This document shows, one piece after another, positions 25,647 through 35,664 of a stretch of DNA of 64,000 nucleotides. Location of the stretch: positions 97,939 through 161,938 of IMG/VR virus record IMGVR_UViG_3300017917_002349; one strand, written 5' to 3'. The notes under the pieces were generated by a model. The model saw nothing but the letters and a program-made list of their open reading frames with translations. It ran no database searches and was not told the origin of the DNA. Each line of letters starts with the position of its first letter. Within the stretch, counting starts at the first letter, position 1. This DNA comes from a virus. The translations under genes and the position numbers were made by a program.

Positions 25647-26528
25647 ATGCAGCTGGTACCTAGGTACCCCAGCCCAGAACTCGTGATAGATTGGTGGCTG
25701 ATGAATCACAGCAGATACCAACCCCCATATTGGCACCCCATACTGTATCAGGGCAACATCAGCTTACCCCAGTTAGATCACTGCCTTGGGTTCTTGGCAC
25801 AGGCCCAGGCCCAGGGCCGACCCTTGAGGGTGAAATTCACAGGGGGTGAGGTCACAGAATGGTCCGGGTTTGATCTGCTGATCAAGGCAGCCCAGGCCCA
25901 GGGCATCTACACGGAATTCCGCAGCCATGCCCAGATCAGCCGAGAACAGTGGCAGACCCTGATGCAGAGCTCCGGCTCTGTGAACATGGACTATCACCCA
26001 GGGTTTGCCAGCCCTGCGGTGTTTCTGGGCAATCTAGATGTGGCCTGTGATCTGGGCGTGACCGTGTCAGTGACCCTGAACATGACCAAGGGCTCATGGC
26101 CAGAGCTCATAGATCTAGAACAGACCATACAGAGACGCAGGCCAGAGGTCCAGGTGCAGAGGCACATAGTGTTCATGGACCCAGTGTTCAACACAGAGCC
26201 CCAAGACTACACACCAGAACAGCTGGCCCAGCTGCGAGATCAGACCCTGGACCTATGTCTAGGCTCAGAGCTCACAGACTACGCGACCCTGGTCTTAGAA
26301 TCACGTAACAGATTCCAGGGTTGGCAGTGCCATGCGGGACTAGATCAATGTGTGGTAGATGCTTGGGGTAGGGTCTATAGAAGCCACTGTAGACACAGAG
26401 GCTATATGGGCAAGATCAGCGATCCACAGATCACATGGCCCTCGGAGCCCGTGATCTGCGGTCTGGATCAGTGTGTGAATGCCTTTGATATACGGGCCAT
26501 CAAGATACAGCAGACTGCTCTCGAATGA
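25647..26528 (+). CDS. degenerate radical-SAM/SPASM-like protein
   Basis: FTGGEVT and C-terminal CHAG...G.VY..C..C...C kept, but CxxxCxxC absent. Confidence 0.6.
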   Translation: MQLVPRYPSPELVIDWWLMNHSRYQPPYWHPILYQGNISLPQLDHCLGFLAQAQAQGRPLRVKFTGGEVTEWSGFDLLIKAAQAQGIYTEFRSHAQISREQWQTLMQSSGSVNMDYHPGFASPAVFLGNLDVACDLGVTVSVTLNMTKGSWPELIDLEQTIQRRRPEVQVQRHIVFMDPVFNTEPQDYTPEQLAQLRDQTLDLCLGSELTDYATLVLESRNRFQGWQCHAGLDQCVVDAWGRVYRSHCRHRGYMGKISDPQITWPSEPVICGLDQCVNAFDIRAIKIQQTALE

Positions 26529-27015
26529 AGCCACGCAGAGCCTGTTCCACGAACTGATTAAAGGTCAGGTCCTGCTCATGGGCCAGCTTCATGTAGGTCA
26601 AGAGCTCTTGATCAGTGAAGTCCACGGGCACCTGTATTCTGGTGTCGTAGTCTTGGCCTTGAACTATGGCCTGGGCCTTGTCTAGGAAGTCTTCTTCCAC
26701 TTCAAGATCCGTGAAATCCACATCATCCCAGGCCTCCTTGGCTCGGGTTCCTAGATCTTCTGCGGCCTGATCATGGGCTGCTCGATACAGAGGATTGGTC
26801 CAACGATAGGCTCGATTTCTAGCATAGTCAAAGGCCTCCATTTGATAGACTTCCTGTGAGCGTGTGTCAAAAACCACGGTCACGGTGTGCCCGTCTTGAT
26901 CACCATTCCATGAATCCAGCCTATAGGCATGGGGACCAAAACACTGCCAGGTATAGTCTGACCCTTCTGTGATTCGATAATCACAGACCTGCATAAAATC
27001 ACGTAGTGTAGGCAT
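26500..27015 (-). CDS. hypothetical protein
   Basis: 171-aa ORF with RBS. Confidence 0.75.
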   Translation of the reverse strand: MPTLRDFMQVCDYRITEGSDYTWQCFGPHAYRLDSWNGDQDGHTVTVVFDTRSQEVYQMEAFDYARNRAYRWTNPLYRAAHDQAAEDLGTRAKEAWDDVDFTDLEVEEDFLDKAQAIVQGQDYDTRIQVPVDFTDQELLTYMKLAHEQDLTFNQFVEQALRGFIREQSAVS

Positions 27016-27027
27016 GATAGTTCCTTG

Positions 27028-27495
27028 TTAGAAATTTGCTTGGTTTGAACGAATCCAACGGATGAGGCTGTAGAGTTCTTTGCTGCCCTCGGGCATGAAC
27101 TTCTTGCGCCAATCGTAGTCACAGTGCAGGCCACGATCCTTGAAGTAGCGTGTCTTGAACCTAGTACCGGGCTTGTTGACAGTGATGTCATGATCATAGC
27201 CATAACCACTCCAGCTGCTGCGACTTTTTTCGGTCCTAAAGGCCGTGATCACATAGCCGTCGGGGCAGTTGACCTGCCAACCCGTACCACCAATTTTCTT
27301 GTTGGGATGCGGCAACTGTTGCCAGGTATAGCCATCTATGACATCCTGTATCTCTCTTCGATCTTCGGCTTCTTTTTTCAGAGCCATGAGACGATTACCG
27401 ATCTGCTGCATGTCGCGAGCAGTCAAACCCATGAGCTGGGCCTGGACTAGGATTCTTTCTTGCTTGTCACTGAGTTTAGCACGTTCTCTTGCCAT
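27028..27495 (-). CDS. hypothetical protein
   Basis: Downstream of promoter 27525/27548. Confidence 0.7.
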   Translation of the reverse strand: MARERAKLSDKQERILVQAQLMGLTARDMQQIGNRLMALKKEAEDRREIQDVIDGYTWQQLPHPNKKIGGTGWQVNCPDGYVITAFRTEKSRSSWSGYGYDHDITVNKPGTRFKTRYFKDRGLHCDYDWRKKFMPEGSKELYSLIRWIRSNQANF

Positions 27496-27549
27496 GATAC
27501 TTGTCTGTGTGTTAATGAAACTTAATAATAACACCTTTCTAGAGCAGTG

Positions 27550-27795
27550 TCAACGATTTCTTTCGGAGATTTCTTTACAATGGACACAGAGCCTTACACC
27601 GGGCACGGCTATTTGGCGAGCTAGTGGTATGTCTTCACCACAGTCGTCACAGACTTCTGCAGAAGGTTCCTGTGCTTGTTTGGCCAATTTGTTCTGTACA
27701 GCACTGATAGCATTCATATGCATGTGCAGGCTGTGTAGCTGGGCCATTTCAGCTTCTTCTTCATTGTTGTATTCGAATTGATCTAGATCATTCAT
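27550..27795 (-). CDS. TraR/DksA C4-type zinc-finger protein
   Basis: CDDCGEDIPLARQIAVPGVRLCVHC. Confidence 0.9.
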   Translation of the reverse strand: MNDLDQFEYNNEEEAEMAQLHSLHMHMNAISAVQNKLAKQAQEPSAEVCDDCGEDIPLARQIAVPGVRLCVHCKEISERNR

Positions 27796-28052
27796 TTATC
27801 TGATTCTTTGATAGTGATTAATAGGCTGTTTCGATCTTGTTTATATTTGGCCCAGCTGTCCCAAAACGGGTCCCAGATCATCCATTTGGTCATGTAAAAT
27901 CCAAAGACACACATGGGCACTGACATGATCACCCATCTGGCCCAACCTTCAGCACTCCAGCCCATGCCTAGGAAAAACATAGCAGTGAGCCACAGCTTTT
28001 GCCATCGTTCTTGACGAGACCATACCCAGCGAATCCATCTAAAAAATTCCAT
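27792..28052 (-). CDS. membrane protein
   Basis: Trp-rich, two hydrophobic segments. Confidence 0.65.
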   Translation of the reverse strand: MEFFRWIRWVWSRQERWQKLWLTAMFFLGMGWSAEGWARWVIMSVPMCVFGFYMTKWMIWDPFWDSWAKYKQDRNSLLITIKESDK

Positions 28053-28053
28053 A

Positions 28054-28293
28054 CTAGTCTTTCTTTTTGAGTTGATCCATGACCTGTTGTTTGGCTCTGC
28101 GATCTAGATCGGAGTTTTCTGCTTCTATGATCTTATAGGCCATCAGGTCCATAAATTCCAACAGGGCTATCTTGCCCTGTTCGTTAAACTTGTTGTAGCC
28201 CAACCCTACCGAACTTTTGTAATAGTAGTTGGGATTGTTCAGTATTTCTTCTAGACCACCGTAGACGAGATCTTTGACAGCACCCTTCTGCAT
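28054..28293 (-). CDS. hypothetical protein
   Basis: Start moved to the ATG just past the ligase stop. Confidence 0.65.
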   Translation of the reverse strand: MQKGAVKDLVYGGLEEILNNPNYYYKSSVGLGYNKFNEQGKIALLEFMDLMAYKIIEAENSDLDRRAKQQVMDQLKKKD

Positions 28294-28294
28294 G

Positions 28295-29620
28295 TTAAAT
28301 TTTCTCACCTTTCGTAAAGCCGCGGAATCGGAGGAAGCGAGGGAAACGGAGCGACCATGTGTCCTCACTATCTTGGCTCCTAGTCGCTGCGTCTGCACGG
28401 ACTTCCACGACCTGCCCAATGAGCGTATCCTTAGCTGACCAAAATTCTGCTCTCTGTTCGTCTGTAAAACCCGAACCACAATTGACCACGATTCTTTTAC
28501 CATCGTCCGTTCCTTCACATACCAGAGCACCTAGCTTGCCCACATTGCGACCTGTGCCTTCTTCCACAGCAGTCACAGACAACGATACCTCGATAAACGG
28601 TTTCATCTTTAGCCAATCTGTGGTGCGTTTGCACTGATAGACAGCATTGGGCTCCTTGATCATCACGCCTTCATAGCCAGCTTCAACCATTTCTCGCATG
28701 TAGTCGCGGAACTCGATCTCATCAGTGAACACATCTAGATCAAACTCACGTTGTGCCACGATGTTGATAAAGCCTGAATCTGCAAAGATCTTAGAAAAGT
28801 TTTCGCGCAGGAAAGCTGAGCGACGTCGCTGACCCATGGTGCTCTTACCTGCCTTGAATTCAACCAAAGGCAGGATATCGAACACATTCAACTGTGCATC
28901 TGATGTCTTGACATCGTGCTTGCGATGTACTTCACGCATCAATGCTTGAAAGTTACTGCTCATGATCTCACCATCTATGACCATGCTACGCCCAAACTCC
29001 TCGATGAAGTTTGATAGATAATCAGTGATGTGGCTAAAGTTCTCTAAGACTTTACCGTTGCGGGTGTACTGAGTCACGGTCTTCTGTTCGTAATCGACCA
29101 CGGTAAGACAGCGAACACCGTCTAGTTTAGGTTCGACGATTTTCTTGCCTGTGAGTTTGGTTTCGTGATTGGCAGAATCGTGGCTCAACTGACATTCAAA
29201 CACTGGCACAGAATAATTTGGCTTCTTGAGCTTCTTGGCGATCTTGTTAACAGTGACTTCTGAAATTCCGCAACGAAGGTCCTTGCGTAAAATTCTAGAA
29301 TAGAACCCATTCCATTGATCTTTAGTGGACACATCCATGGCCAGTTGTATGGCATCACGTGCGGCATGTCCAGTGAGTTCACGCTTGTATAATGCTTCGG
29401 CTAGTTCTTTGAAATTGACCCAGCTAAGGCCTTGTCCGTCTACTTCACTGATTGGAACTTGTTTCACACCAAAGGTATATAGATTGTCTAGACACATGCG
29501 AACACCTTCGAAGAATTCGTCTAGACCTTCGTTCATGGCAGATTCTAATACTGCTTCTTTGGCTAAGCGACTGTTGTCTGCTTCTAGCTGTGAAATAATT
29601 GTCTGCGGTTGTGTACGCAC
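28295..29620 (-). CDS. ATP-dependent DNA ligase
   Basis: EPKLDGVR, DGE, EGVMIK, WLKMK, GSGFTD, LRFPRF. Confidence 0.95.
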   Translation of the reverse strand: MRTQPQTIISQLEADNSRLAKEAVLESAMNEGLDEFFEGVRMCLDNLYTFGVKQVPISEVDGQGLSWVNFKELAEALYKRELTGHAARDAIQLAMDVSTKDQWNGFYSRILRKDLRCGISEVTVNKIAKKLKKPNYSVPVFECQLSHDSANHETKLTGKKIVEPKLDGVRCLTVVDYEQKTVTQYTRNGKVLENFSHITDYLSNFIEEFGRSMVIDGEIMSSNFQALMREVHRKHDVKTSDAQLNVFDILPLVEFKAGKSTMGQRRRSAFLRENFSKIFADSGFINIVAQREFDLDVFTDEIEFRDYMREMVEAGYEGVMIKEPNAVYQCKRTTDWLKMKPFIEVSLSVTAVEEGTGRNVGKLGALVCEGTDDGKRIVVNCGSGFTDEQRAEFWSAKDTLIGQVVEVRADAATRSQDSEDTWSLRFPRFLRFRGFTKGEKI

Positions 29621-29674
29621 CTTGGCTCCTTGATGTTTAACAATAATATATTATAGCACCAGAAAGATCGTTTG

Positions 29675-30559
29675 TCAATCACTGACCGTGAAAAAACTCT
29701 CCGGAACTTTGCTGACATCATATAGATCGGTGCGTTCTTTTGGAATCATGAAACGATCCATCATTTTGGGCACATACTGCCACTGATTGGGCAGAATTTT
29801 ACCGTCTGCAGTCGTGATGATATAGTCTTTGCTGGTAAAGTAATCCATTAGATCGTGAATGGTTCTGCCAAAGGCTCTGGGCTGTGTTTCCACGCACTCG
29901 ATTTGAACTATTGGACGATTATTGGCGATGGTCTGATGAGCACCTTCAAGCACCTGTAGTTCATAGCCTTCTACATCAATCTTAATGATGTCTACATCTG
30001 TGAAGTTATAAGAATCCAAAGTCAGTTGTGGAACCTGCACACGCTGATACCCTGTATTAATCTTCACGGGCCTGCCACTGGGCGTTGTATATCCGTCGTT
30101 GGCTACTCGGTTATGCCCGTCGTTCTTTTTAATATGCATCTCAACACTACCAGATACAGGACCCAAGGCTACATTATAAGTTTGGATCTTGCCAGAAACA
30201 GCAAGGCTAGCCCATTGTCCTGTGGCAGCATCTTGCCACCAACCTTTGGTGGGGTCTTGATGATTTTGATTAAGTGCTATGTTATCTAATGCTACTTGAT
30301 ATGTGCCGGGCACGGGTTCAAAGCCGTGTACCTCTTGGGCGAATGTAGCATACTCCCAAGTGTTCATACCGATGTTCATACCGATGTCTAGTATTTTTCT
30401 AGGATTCGGACAGAGTTCTCGAAGATGTATCAAGTTCTGTTTTTGATATGGTCCTGCTCTAAGACGTTGTGTATAAAAACTATCGCTGTCCCAGACCCAC
30501 ATACGTCGGCCTATTTTATTTTCGATTAATATTTTTTGAGTTTGTGCCTGTACTGTCAT
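29675..30559 (-). CDS. FkbM family methyltransferase
   Basis: LDIGMNIG, GFEP, IKIDVEGYELQVLEG. Confidence 0.9.
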   Translation of the reverse strand: MTVQAQTQKILIENKIGRRMWVWDSDSFYTQRLRAGPYQKQNLIHLRELCPNPRKILDIGMNIGMNTWEYATFAQEVHGFEPVPGTYQVALDNIALNQNHQDPTKGWWQDAATGQWASLAVSGKIQTYNVALGPVSGSVEMHIKKNDGHNRVANDGYTTPSGRPVKINTGYQRVQVPQLTLDSYNFTDVDIIKIDVEGYELQVLEGAHQTIANNRPIVQIECVETQPRAFGRTIHDLMDYFTSKDYIITTADGKILPNQWQYVPKMMDRFMIPKERTDLYDVSKVPESFFTVSD

Positions 30560-30619
30560 AGGTTCTCCTTAGTGCTAGTATATATGATCTCGGGATCACA
30601 TACGATGGCAAATGTGATC

Positions 30620-31324
30620 TTAGAAGGGATAGCGTTCATAGTCTGAAATCACACTGGAAGGCAGTTCATTAATAGGAAACTTACAACCAAATTTCCCTAG
30701 GCGAGTTTCCTGCCAACTCTGTTCATGAACTTCTAGGGATTTCTTATCTAGATCGTAGTTGATCATAAAAGCGAATTTGGCATCACGAGCTAAAGGATCA
30801 CCGCACCCGTTCTTGCGATGTTCATAGTGTCTCCTCCAACCTCCTGTGAGCTGAATATTACAGCCCTCGTGTCGGCCTAATACTTTTAGACAGTGTTTCC
30901 AAATGCGACTCAATGTACCACAACCAAACGGGTCATTGCCGTTCTTATCGCTCATGCGTCCGGACGTGCCGATACCTAGATAACCGCTGCCCTGATAAGG
31001 TTCATAGAATGCATCGGCATAGATATAGAGTCCGCCAAAGATATCATCTTTGTCGAGAATTAAATGTTCGATCGGATTAGGTCGATCAGAACTCAACCTG
31101 CCAAATATTTCTGCATAGACTTTCTCACGCTTTTCGTACCAGGCCGGAACTTTTCCTAGAAATCTAAGACGTAGTCCTCCGTCAGGCAGTTTGATATCGC
31201 GTTCGTCGAATGAGCCGTCCTCTTTCAACAGTTGTCTTGTTTTTGGACAGACATTCGGATAGACTTCAAAAATGTCGTGAATACTAAAATACGGAGTCCA
31301 AGTCCAAGAGCTTTTCTTTGCCAT
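30620..31324 (-). CDS. hypothetical protein, possible divergent GIY-YIG
   Basis: GLYIY...LGIG...SRIWKH...E...PIN. Confidence 0.55.
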   Translation of the reverse strand: MAKKSSWTWTPYFSIHDIFEVYPNVCPKTRQLLKEDGSFDERDIKLPDGGLRLRFLGKVPAWYEKREKVYAEIFGRLSSDRPNPIEHLILDKDDIFGGLYIYADAFYEPYQGSGYLGIGTSGRMSDKNGNDPFGCGTLSRIWKHCLKVLGRHEGCNIQLTGGWRRHYEHRKNGCGDPLARDAKFAFMINYDLDKKSLEVHEQSWQETRLGKFGCKFPINELPSSVISDYERYPF

Positions 31325-31377
31325 AATTACCTCGGGTTTGATTGATAAAACTATTATATAATCAAACCCGAAGTTTG

Positions 31378-31905
31378 TCAATCACTGTCAAACAAGGAAT
31401 TGAATATCTGATCAGTGACTCGATACTTCTTGGCTATCTTTCGTTCATCACGGATATTGCCCACAGGTAACGATCCAAAAGATTGATAATGCATGTCCAA
31501 AAGTTGCCTCTCACATTCTAAAACTTCATCTTTCGGATAATCTTTTACAGCAAAAGGATAATTGGTCATGTCCCAGATCTTTATACAGACATTAGATTTG
31601 TTTATGCCCGGAAAAAATTTAATCACATCCAGCATATCATTTCCTGCGCTGTTCGGACTAGGTTTGGTAGGCCATCCTGGTATTTGAAATGCCTGTCGAT
31701 AGATACGTTCTCCGTAGCTACCACGCATCCAATCATTGTCAGCACTCATACCGTACTTCATAACTGAGTTCTTATAAGAAAAAGCATAGGTATAATATTT
31801 GATACCTGCATTTTTCATTTCAGTCTTGATTTGAGCAGCGTGTAGACATTGATTTAGGTCTATGATTGCTGCGGGTAATTTTGAAATATCAACAGTCATC
31901 ATCAT
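31378..31905 (-). CDS. hypothetical protein, possible divergent GIY-YIG
   Basis: YTYAF...MKYGMS...ERIYRQ...ERQLL...PVGN. Confidence 0.55.
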   Translation of the reverse strand: MMMTVDISKLPAAIIDLNQCLHAAQIKTEMKNAGIKYYTYAFSYKNSVMKYGMSADNDWMRGSYGERIYRQAFQIPGWPTKPSPNSAGNDMLDVIKFFPGINKSNVCIKIWDMTNYPFAVKDYPKDEVLECERQLLDMHYQSFGSLPVGNIRDERKIAKKYRVTDQIFNSLFDSD

Positions 31906-32281
31906 CTCCTATTTTGTAACCAACATCGTCTTGTGTCACAGGAAAGTCTGCAGGCAAAGGAGATATATGAAATCTCCAACCTACTATGTGAGCATTGACC
32001 TGTTCGATAATTTTATCCAACCCAATCTCTTCTACCCATTCCGACTCTCCTAGTTTATCACTGGCGATATCCCAATGATAATGATTCTTGAGAGATTGTT
32101 CAAGTTTGTCGATCTGATCAGCTGGACCTTGCCAGACATAATCAAAACAGGCTCTGTGCCTTTTGGCACTGTAGGCACACTGATAGGTGCCTAATCTTGA
32201 CTTAGGATTAGATGTTATTCCTATTTTCACATCCAAAGACCCCATAGGGTCTTTGAAGGCATATAACCATTTTCTAGCCAT
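31889..32281 (-). CDS. GIY-YIG (T5orf172-like) domain protein
   Basis: LYAF...VKIGITSNPKSRL...LE...SEW. Confidence 0.75.
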   Translation of the reverse strand: MARKWLYAFKDPMGSLDVKIGITSNPKSRLGTYQCAYSAKRHRACFDYVWQGPADQIDKLEQSLKNHYHWDIASDKLGESEWVEEIGLDKIIEQVNAHIVGWRFHISPLPADFPVTQDDVGYKIGDDDDC

Positions 32282-33507
32282 TATACACTCCAAACATATT
32301 CTGCTTGAGGAATCACTGCTAGCCTTCCGCAGTTTTGATTATAAAGATTAATCAGACCGTTCATAACTATTTCTGTGTCATTCTTCAGCAGTCTACCGCG
32401 TCCGAGATTATTCGTGATAGCATTTTCGTAACTATCCTTGATGGCCTTCTGTGAACTCTCTGGATCACCGAACTTCGCAGTCAAGATGTTTTCTAGTTCT
32501 GTATCGAACTGTGCGTCTAGATCATAATTGCCATGTTCAAAAGCCTGGTATAGATAACTCATAGGACGGAACACTTCTAGAGTCAATGGAGCCAATGGCC
32601 AAACCTTTCTGTGAAATTCTAATGCATGTTTCCAAAACACTCCGTTGCTGGCTCGCCCATTGCCCAATAGTAGGTCATAACATTCCTCACCAGAATTGAT
32701 CTGAGTCCATGAACCTGCAATTTTGGCCTTGCGTTTTGTCACGCAGCCTGTGTTCTGAATAATACGATCGATCTTGATTGCTTTGGTATCTTTGGTATCC
32801 AATTGAATCATGAAGCGATCATAATGCTCGAGACCTCGCTTGTTGGTAGAATTGATACGAATCATATTCTTGCCCGCCAGCCAACAACCGTATTGGATAC
32901 GGCCTTCTTCGGTATCTGCGAATCCTGCAGCAGTAATGACCTTGGCATCAACTTCATCGATATCGATGTACCAAACAGGAAACTCTGTGTAATTGCGAAG
33001 ACGTGCAGTCTGCACAGTGTGATGACCGTCCCATAGGCAGTAGTAGATTTTACCTTCCCAGGTGAATTTAATAGCACAGGGAATAATTACCGCAGTGTCG
33101 TCCCAGTCTTTATAGATTTTACTAACGTGTTTTGGTGCTAGGTCTCTTTGAAAGATACTATACAAGAATAGTTCGTCCCATTTAACATAAGCAAATTTAG
33201 GACGAAGTCCGTCGCCCTTGACCTTTAGATCAAAAACTAGATAGCCATTATTACTGATATTAGGTGGAAACTTTGAAGGACTGTAATTGGGTCCTAATAC
33301 ACATAACAGTGCCTGATGAATATCTTCTAGAGGAATGATACCGTGTGAGTTTGAATAATTCAAGCTCATGGTCCGTAGGTCAATGATATCGGATTCGATA
33401 TCAAATTTTACGGGATAGTTAATTAGAAAGTTTCGAATCGCTGTTTTTTGATTCCAAGCAGACGATTTCTGTTTGCGGCTGACTAGAGCCAGGGTTTGAG
33501 GTTTCAT
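32281..33507 (-). CDS. ParB/Srx-like N-terminal domain protein
   Basis: FQRDL...HV..I, LWDGHHT; 408 aa. Confidence 0.6.
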   Translation of the reverse strand: MKPQTLALVSRKQKSSAWNQKTAIRNFLINYPVKFDIESDIIDLRTMSLNYSNSHGIIPLEDIHQALLCVLGPNYSPSKFPPNISNNGYLVFDLKVKGDGLRPKFAYVKWDELFLYSIFQRDLAPKHVSKIYKDWDDTAVIIPCAIKFTWEGKIYYCLWDGHHTVQTARLRNYTEFPVWYIDIDEVDAKVITAAGFADTEEGRIQYGCWLAGKNMIRINSTNKRGLEHYDRFMIQLDTKDTKAIKIDRIIQNTGCVTKRKAKIAGSWTQINSGEECYDLLLGNGRASNGVFWKHALEFHRKVWPLAPLTLEVFRPMSYLYQAFEHGNYDLDAQFDTELENILTAKFGDPESSQKAIKDSYENAITNNLGRGRLLKNDTEIVMNGLINLYNQNCGRLAVIPQAEYVWSV

Positions 33508-33611
33508 AAATTTTCCTTGTCTTAGTTAAACAAAATTTGTGCGATGCCTACTCCACCTGTTTCGGCGCACTGTTAATAGTATAACAGGGCCCAAAGGCCC
33601 TGTCAATACTG

Positions 33612-34127
33612 TTAGACACCCAAATAAGCTGCCCAACTAGGGTGCTGTAGATGATAACCACGCTTTTTGCGCTTACCAACTAAGTCCCAAAAGTGGGGTT
33701 TATAGGGTGCAACTTTTGGTTTCATCTTGCCCACATGAGCAGCCTTGCGATAGTTACAGGGCTTACAGGCTGTGGTCGAGTTTTCCCAGGTAGTCTTACC
33801 TCCTTGACTCACAGGATGAACATGATCTAATGTAGCTGTTGCTTCTGTGACTTCTGTGCCACAGTATTGACAAACATACTCGTCTCGCAAGAAAATATTA
33901 CGCTTTGATAGGCGCATGGTATGTTTTGGCTTTTGGTAATCTTTGAGCAGCAGAACAGCAGGCACACGAGTTTCCCAACGTGCCGAATGTACTATCCAAT
34001 CTTCATGCCACTCTAAGACCTCAGCTTTGTCCAAAACCATATATCGTATGGCCTCCTGCCAATCTACGATTGACAACGGTAACAAGCTGATCGGTTGCAT
34101 GTCTGCATTTAAAAGTAATGTGCTCAT
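33612..34127 (-). CDS. HNH endonuclease (McrA-like)
   Basis: TLLLNAD, RDEYVCQYCG, TLDHVHPVSQGG..TWEN..AC..CN. Confidence 0.9.
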   Translation of the reverse strand: MSTLLLNADMQPISLLPLSIVDWQEAIRYMVLDKAEVLEWHEDWIVHSARWETRVPAVLLLKDYQKPKHTMRLSKRNIFLRDEYVCQYCGTEVTEATATLDHVHPVSQGGKTTWENSTTACKPCNYRKAAHVGKMKPKVAPYKPHFWDLVGKRKKRGYHLQHPSWAAYLGV

Positions 34128-34219
34128 TTTGAATTGCTCTGAGGTACAGTATTTAATCCAACTTGTATTATATGCTCAGATAACGCCCTTGTCTACCGTT
34201 TTTTGTAATAAGTACGACT

Positions 34220-35041
34220 ATGAGCAAAATAGAAAGATTAGTAGCCTATGGTTGTAGTTTTACACAAGGGGGCGAACTGCAAGACGAAGAATGGTTACCA
34301 GGTGCAGAAGAGATCAAACGTAAACACGGACTAGACGCTTTTTTTCGAGCATTAGACAAAAAGTTACCAAACGAAGAGCAATGGAATGTCTATTACGAAA
34401 GTAGTAAAAAATTCTCCTATGCAAATATACTAGCAGAAAAACTAGGGCTTGCCTGCCTTAACCAATCAAGACCAGGTAACAGCATGATGCAGATACTTTG
34501 GCAGATAGAAAACGATCTTGCCAATGGTACTGTCGGAGGCAGTGATCTCGTTATCGTTGGCATTACTACTTGCGACAGGATCGCAAAGATTACTGAATTT
34601 CGAGAAAAAATCCGCTGCGAAAATCTACACATGGCATGGCCAGTATCATGGCCAGAAGACCTCAGGCCCAGCCATCCACATTTGGTAAAATGGTTTACAC
34701 TAGAAACTGCTAAATTCTTGCAGGCTATCTTTTTGTCGCATCTGCTTGGACTTGCTAGGTCTGTATTAGCAGATAGATTATACTTTGTAGAATGCTATCC
34801 ACTTCATGGTCCGGATGGCAAAGAAGATAAACACTGCGAAGAATATAAACTCATTGTCAGTAGAATTTTTACAGAATTACAGAATTCTGGACTACTTTTA
34901 AGCGACAAACATTTTTTCCATGAAGTTTTTGACAACGATTTATTGGGCGGAGGACACCCAAAATTACATGTGCATCAGCGATGGGCTGAAGAAATCTATA
35001 ATAATTGTAGACATAAAGGTTTGACACAGCGTTGTGAATAA
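34220..35041 (+). CDS. SGNH-like hydrolase-fold protein
   Basis: AYGCSFT, N.S.PG.S, GHP. Confidence 0.6.
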   Translation: MSKIERLVAYGCSFTQGGELQDEEWLPGAEEIKRKHGLDAFFRALDKKLPNEEQWNVYYESSKKFSYANILAEKLGLACLNQSRPGNSMMQILWQIENDLANGTVGGSDLVIVGITTCDRIAKITEFREKIRCENLHMAWPVSWPEDLRPSHPHLVKWFTLETAKFLQAIFLSHLLGLARSVLADRLYFVECYPLHGPDGKEDKHCEEYKLIVSRIFTELQNSGLLLSDKHFFHEVFDNDLLGGGHPKLHVHQRWAEEIYNNCRHKGLTQRCE

Positions 35042-35049
35042 TTTATACT
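35021..35049 (+). promoter_or_regulatory. sigma70 promoter for the clpP/heptose operon
   Basis: TTGACA-17-TATACT. Confidence 0.8.
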
Positions 35050-35076
35050 GTACTTACTAAATTTCAAAGGAATATT

Positions 35077-35664
35077 ATGACCCTAGTACCAATGGTGGTT
35101 GAATCAACAAGCAAAGGCGAACGTGCCTTTGATATCTATAGCAGATTGCTCAAAGAACGTATCGTCATGCTGAATGGCCCAGTAGAAGACCATATGGCTA
35201 ATCTAATCGTGGCTCAACTGCTGTTTCTAGAAAGTGAAAATCCTGACAAGGAAATCAGTTTGTTTATCAACAGTCCCGGTGGTGTTGTCACAGCAGGTAT
35301 GAGTATCTACGACACCATGCAGTTTATACGCCCACCCGTTGCTACCTATGTCATGGGACAGGCCTGTTCAATGGGCAGTCTGCTAGCACAATCAGGAGCG
35401 GCAGGTAAACGATATATGCTGCCCAATGCTCGTCATATGATACATCAGCCGTCGGGCGGAGCTCGTGGACAGGCCACAGACATGCAGATACAAGTAGAAG
35501 AAATCCTTAAGATGAAAAAGACATTGACTGAAATCTATGTCAAACATAATTCAAAAGGCAAAACCTTTGATCAGCTCAGTGCTGACATGGAACGAGACAA
35601 GTTCATGAGTGCCCAAGAAGCTCTCGACTACGGACTGATCGATAAAATTATAGAGAAAAGATAA
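35077..35664 (+). CDS. clpP: ATP-dependent Clp protease proteolytic subunit
   Basis: [31 protein letters not shown]. Confidence 0.97.
   Translation: MTLVPMVVESTSKGERAFDIYSRLLKERIVMLNGPVEDHMANLIVAQLLFLESENPDKEISLFINSPGGVVTAGMSIYDTMQFIRPPVATYVMGQACSMGSLLAQSGAAGKRYMLPNARHMIHQPSGGARGQATDMQIQVEEILKMKKTLTEIYVKHNSKGKTFDQLSADMERDKFMSAQEALDYGLIDKIIEKR

Larger units (their letters stand above)
27525..34195 (-). promoter_or_regulatory. further leftward sigma70 promoters
   Basis: -10/-35 starts with 17-bp spacers: 27525/27548, 29650/29673, 31353/31376, 33578/33601, 34167/34190 (TAGACA). Confidence 0.8.

Noticed and set aside
28348-28354. GGAGCGA on the plus strand inside the ligase gene
   Set aside because: Explained by coding for WSLR on the minus strand; not in a UTR or hairpin context
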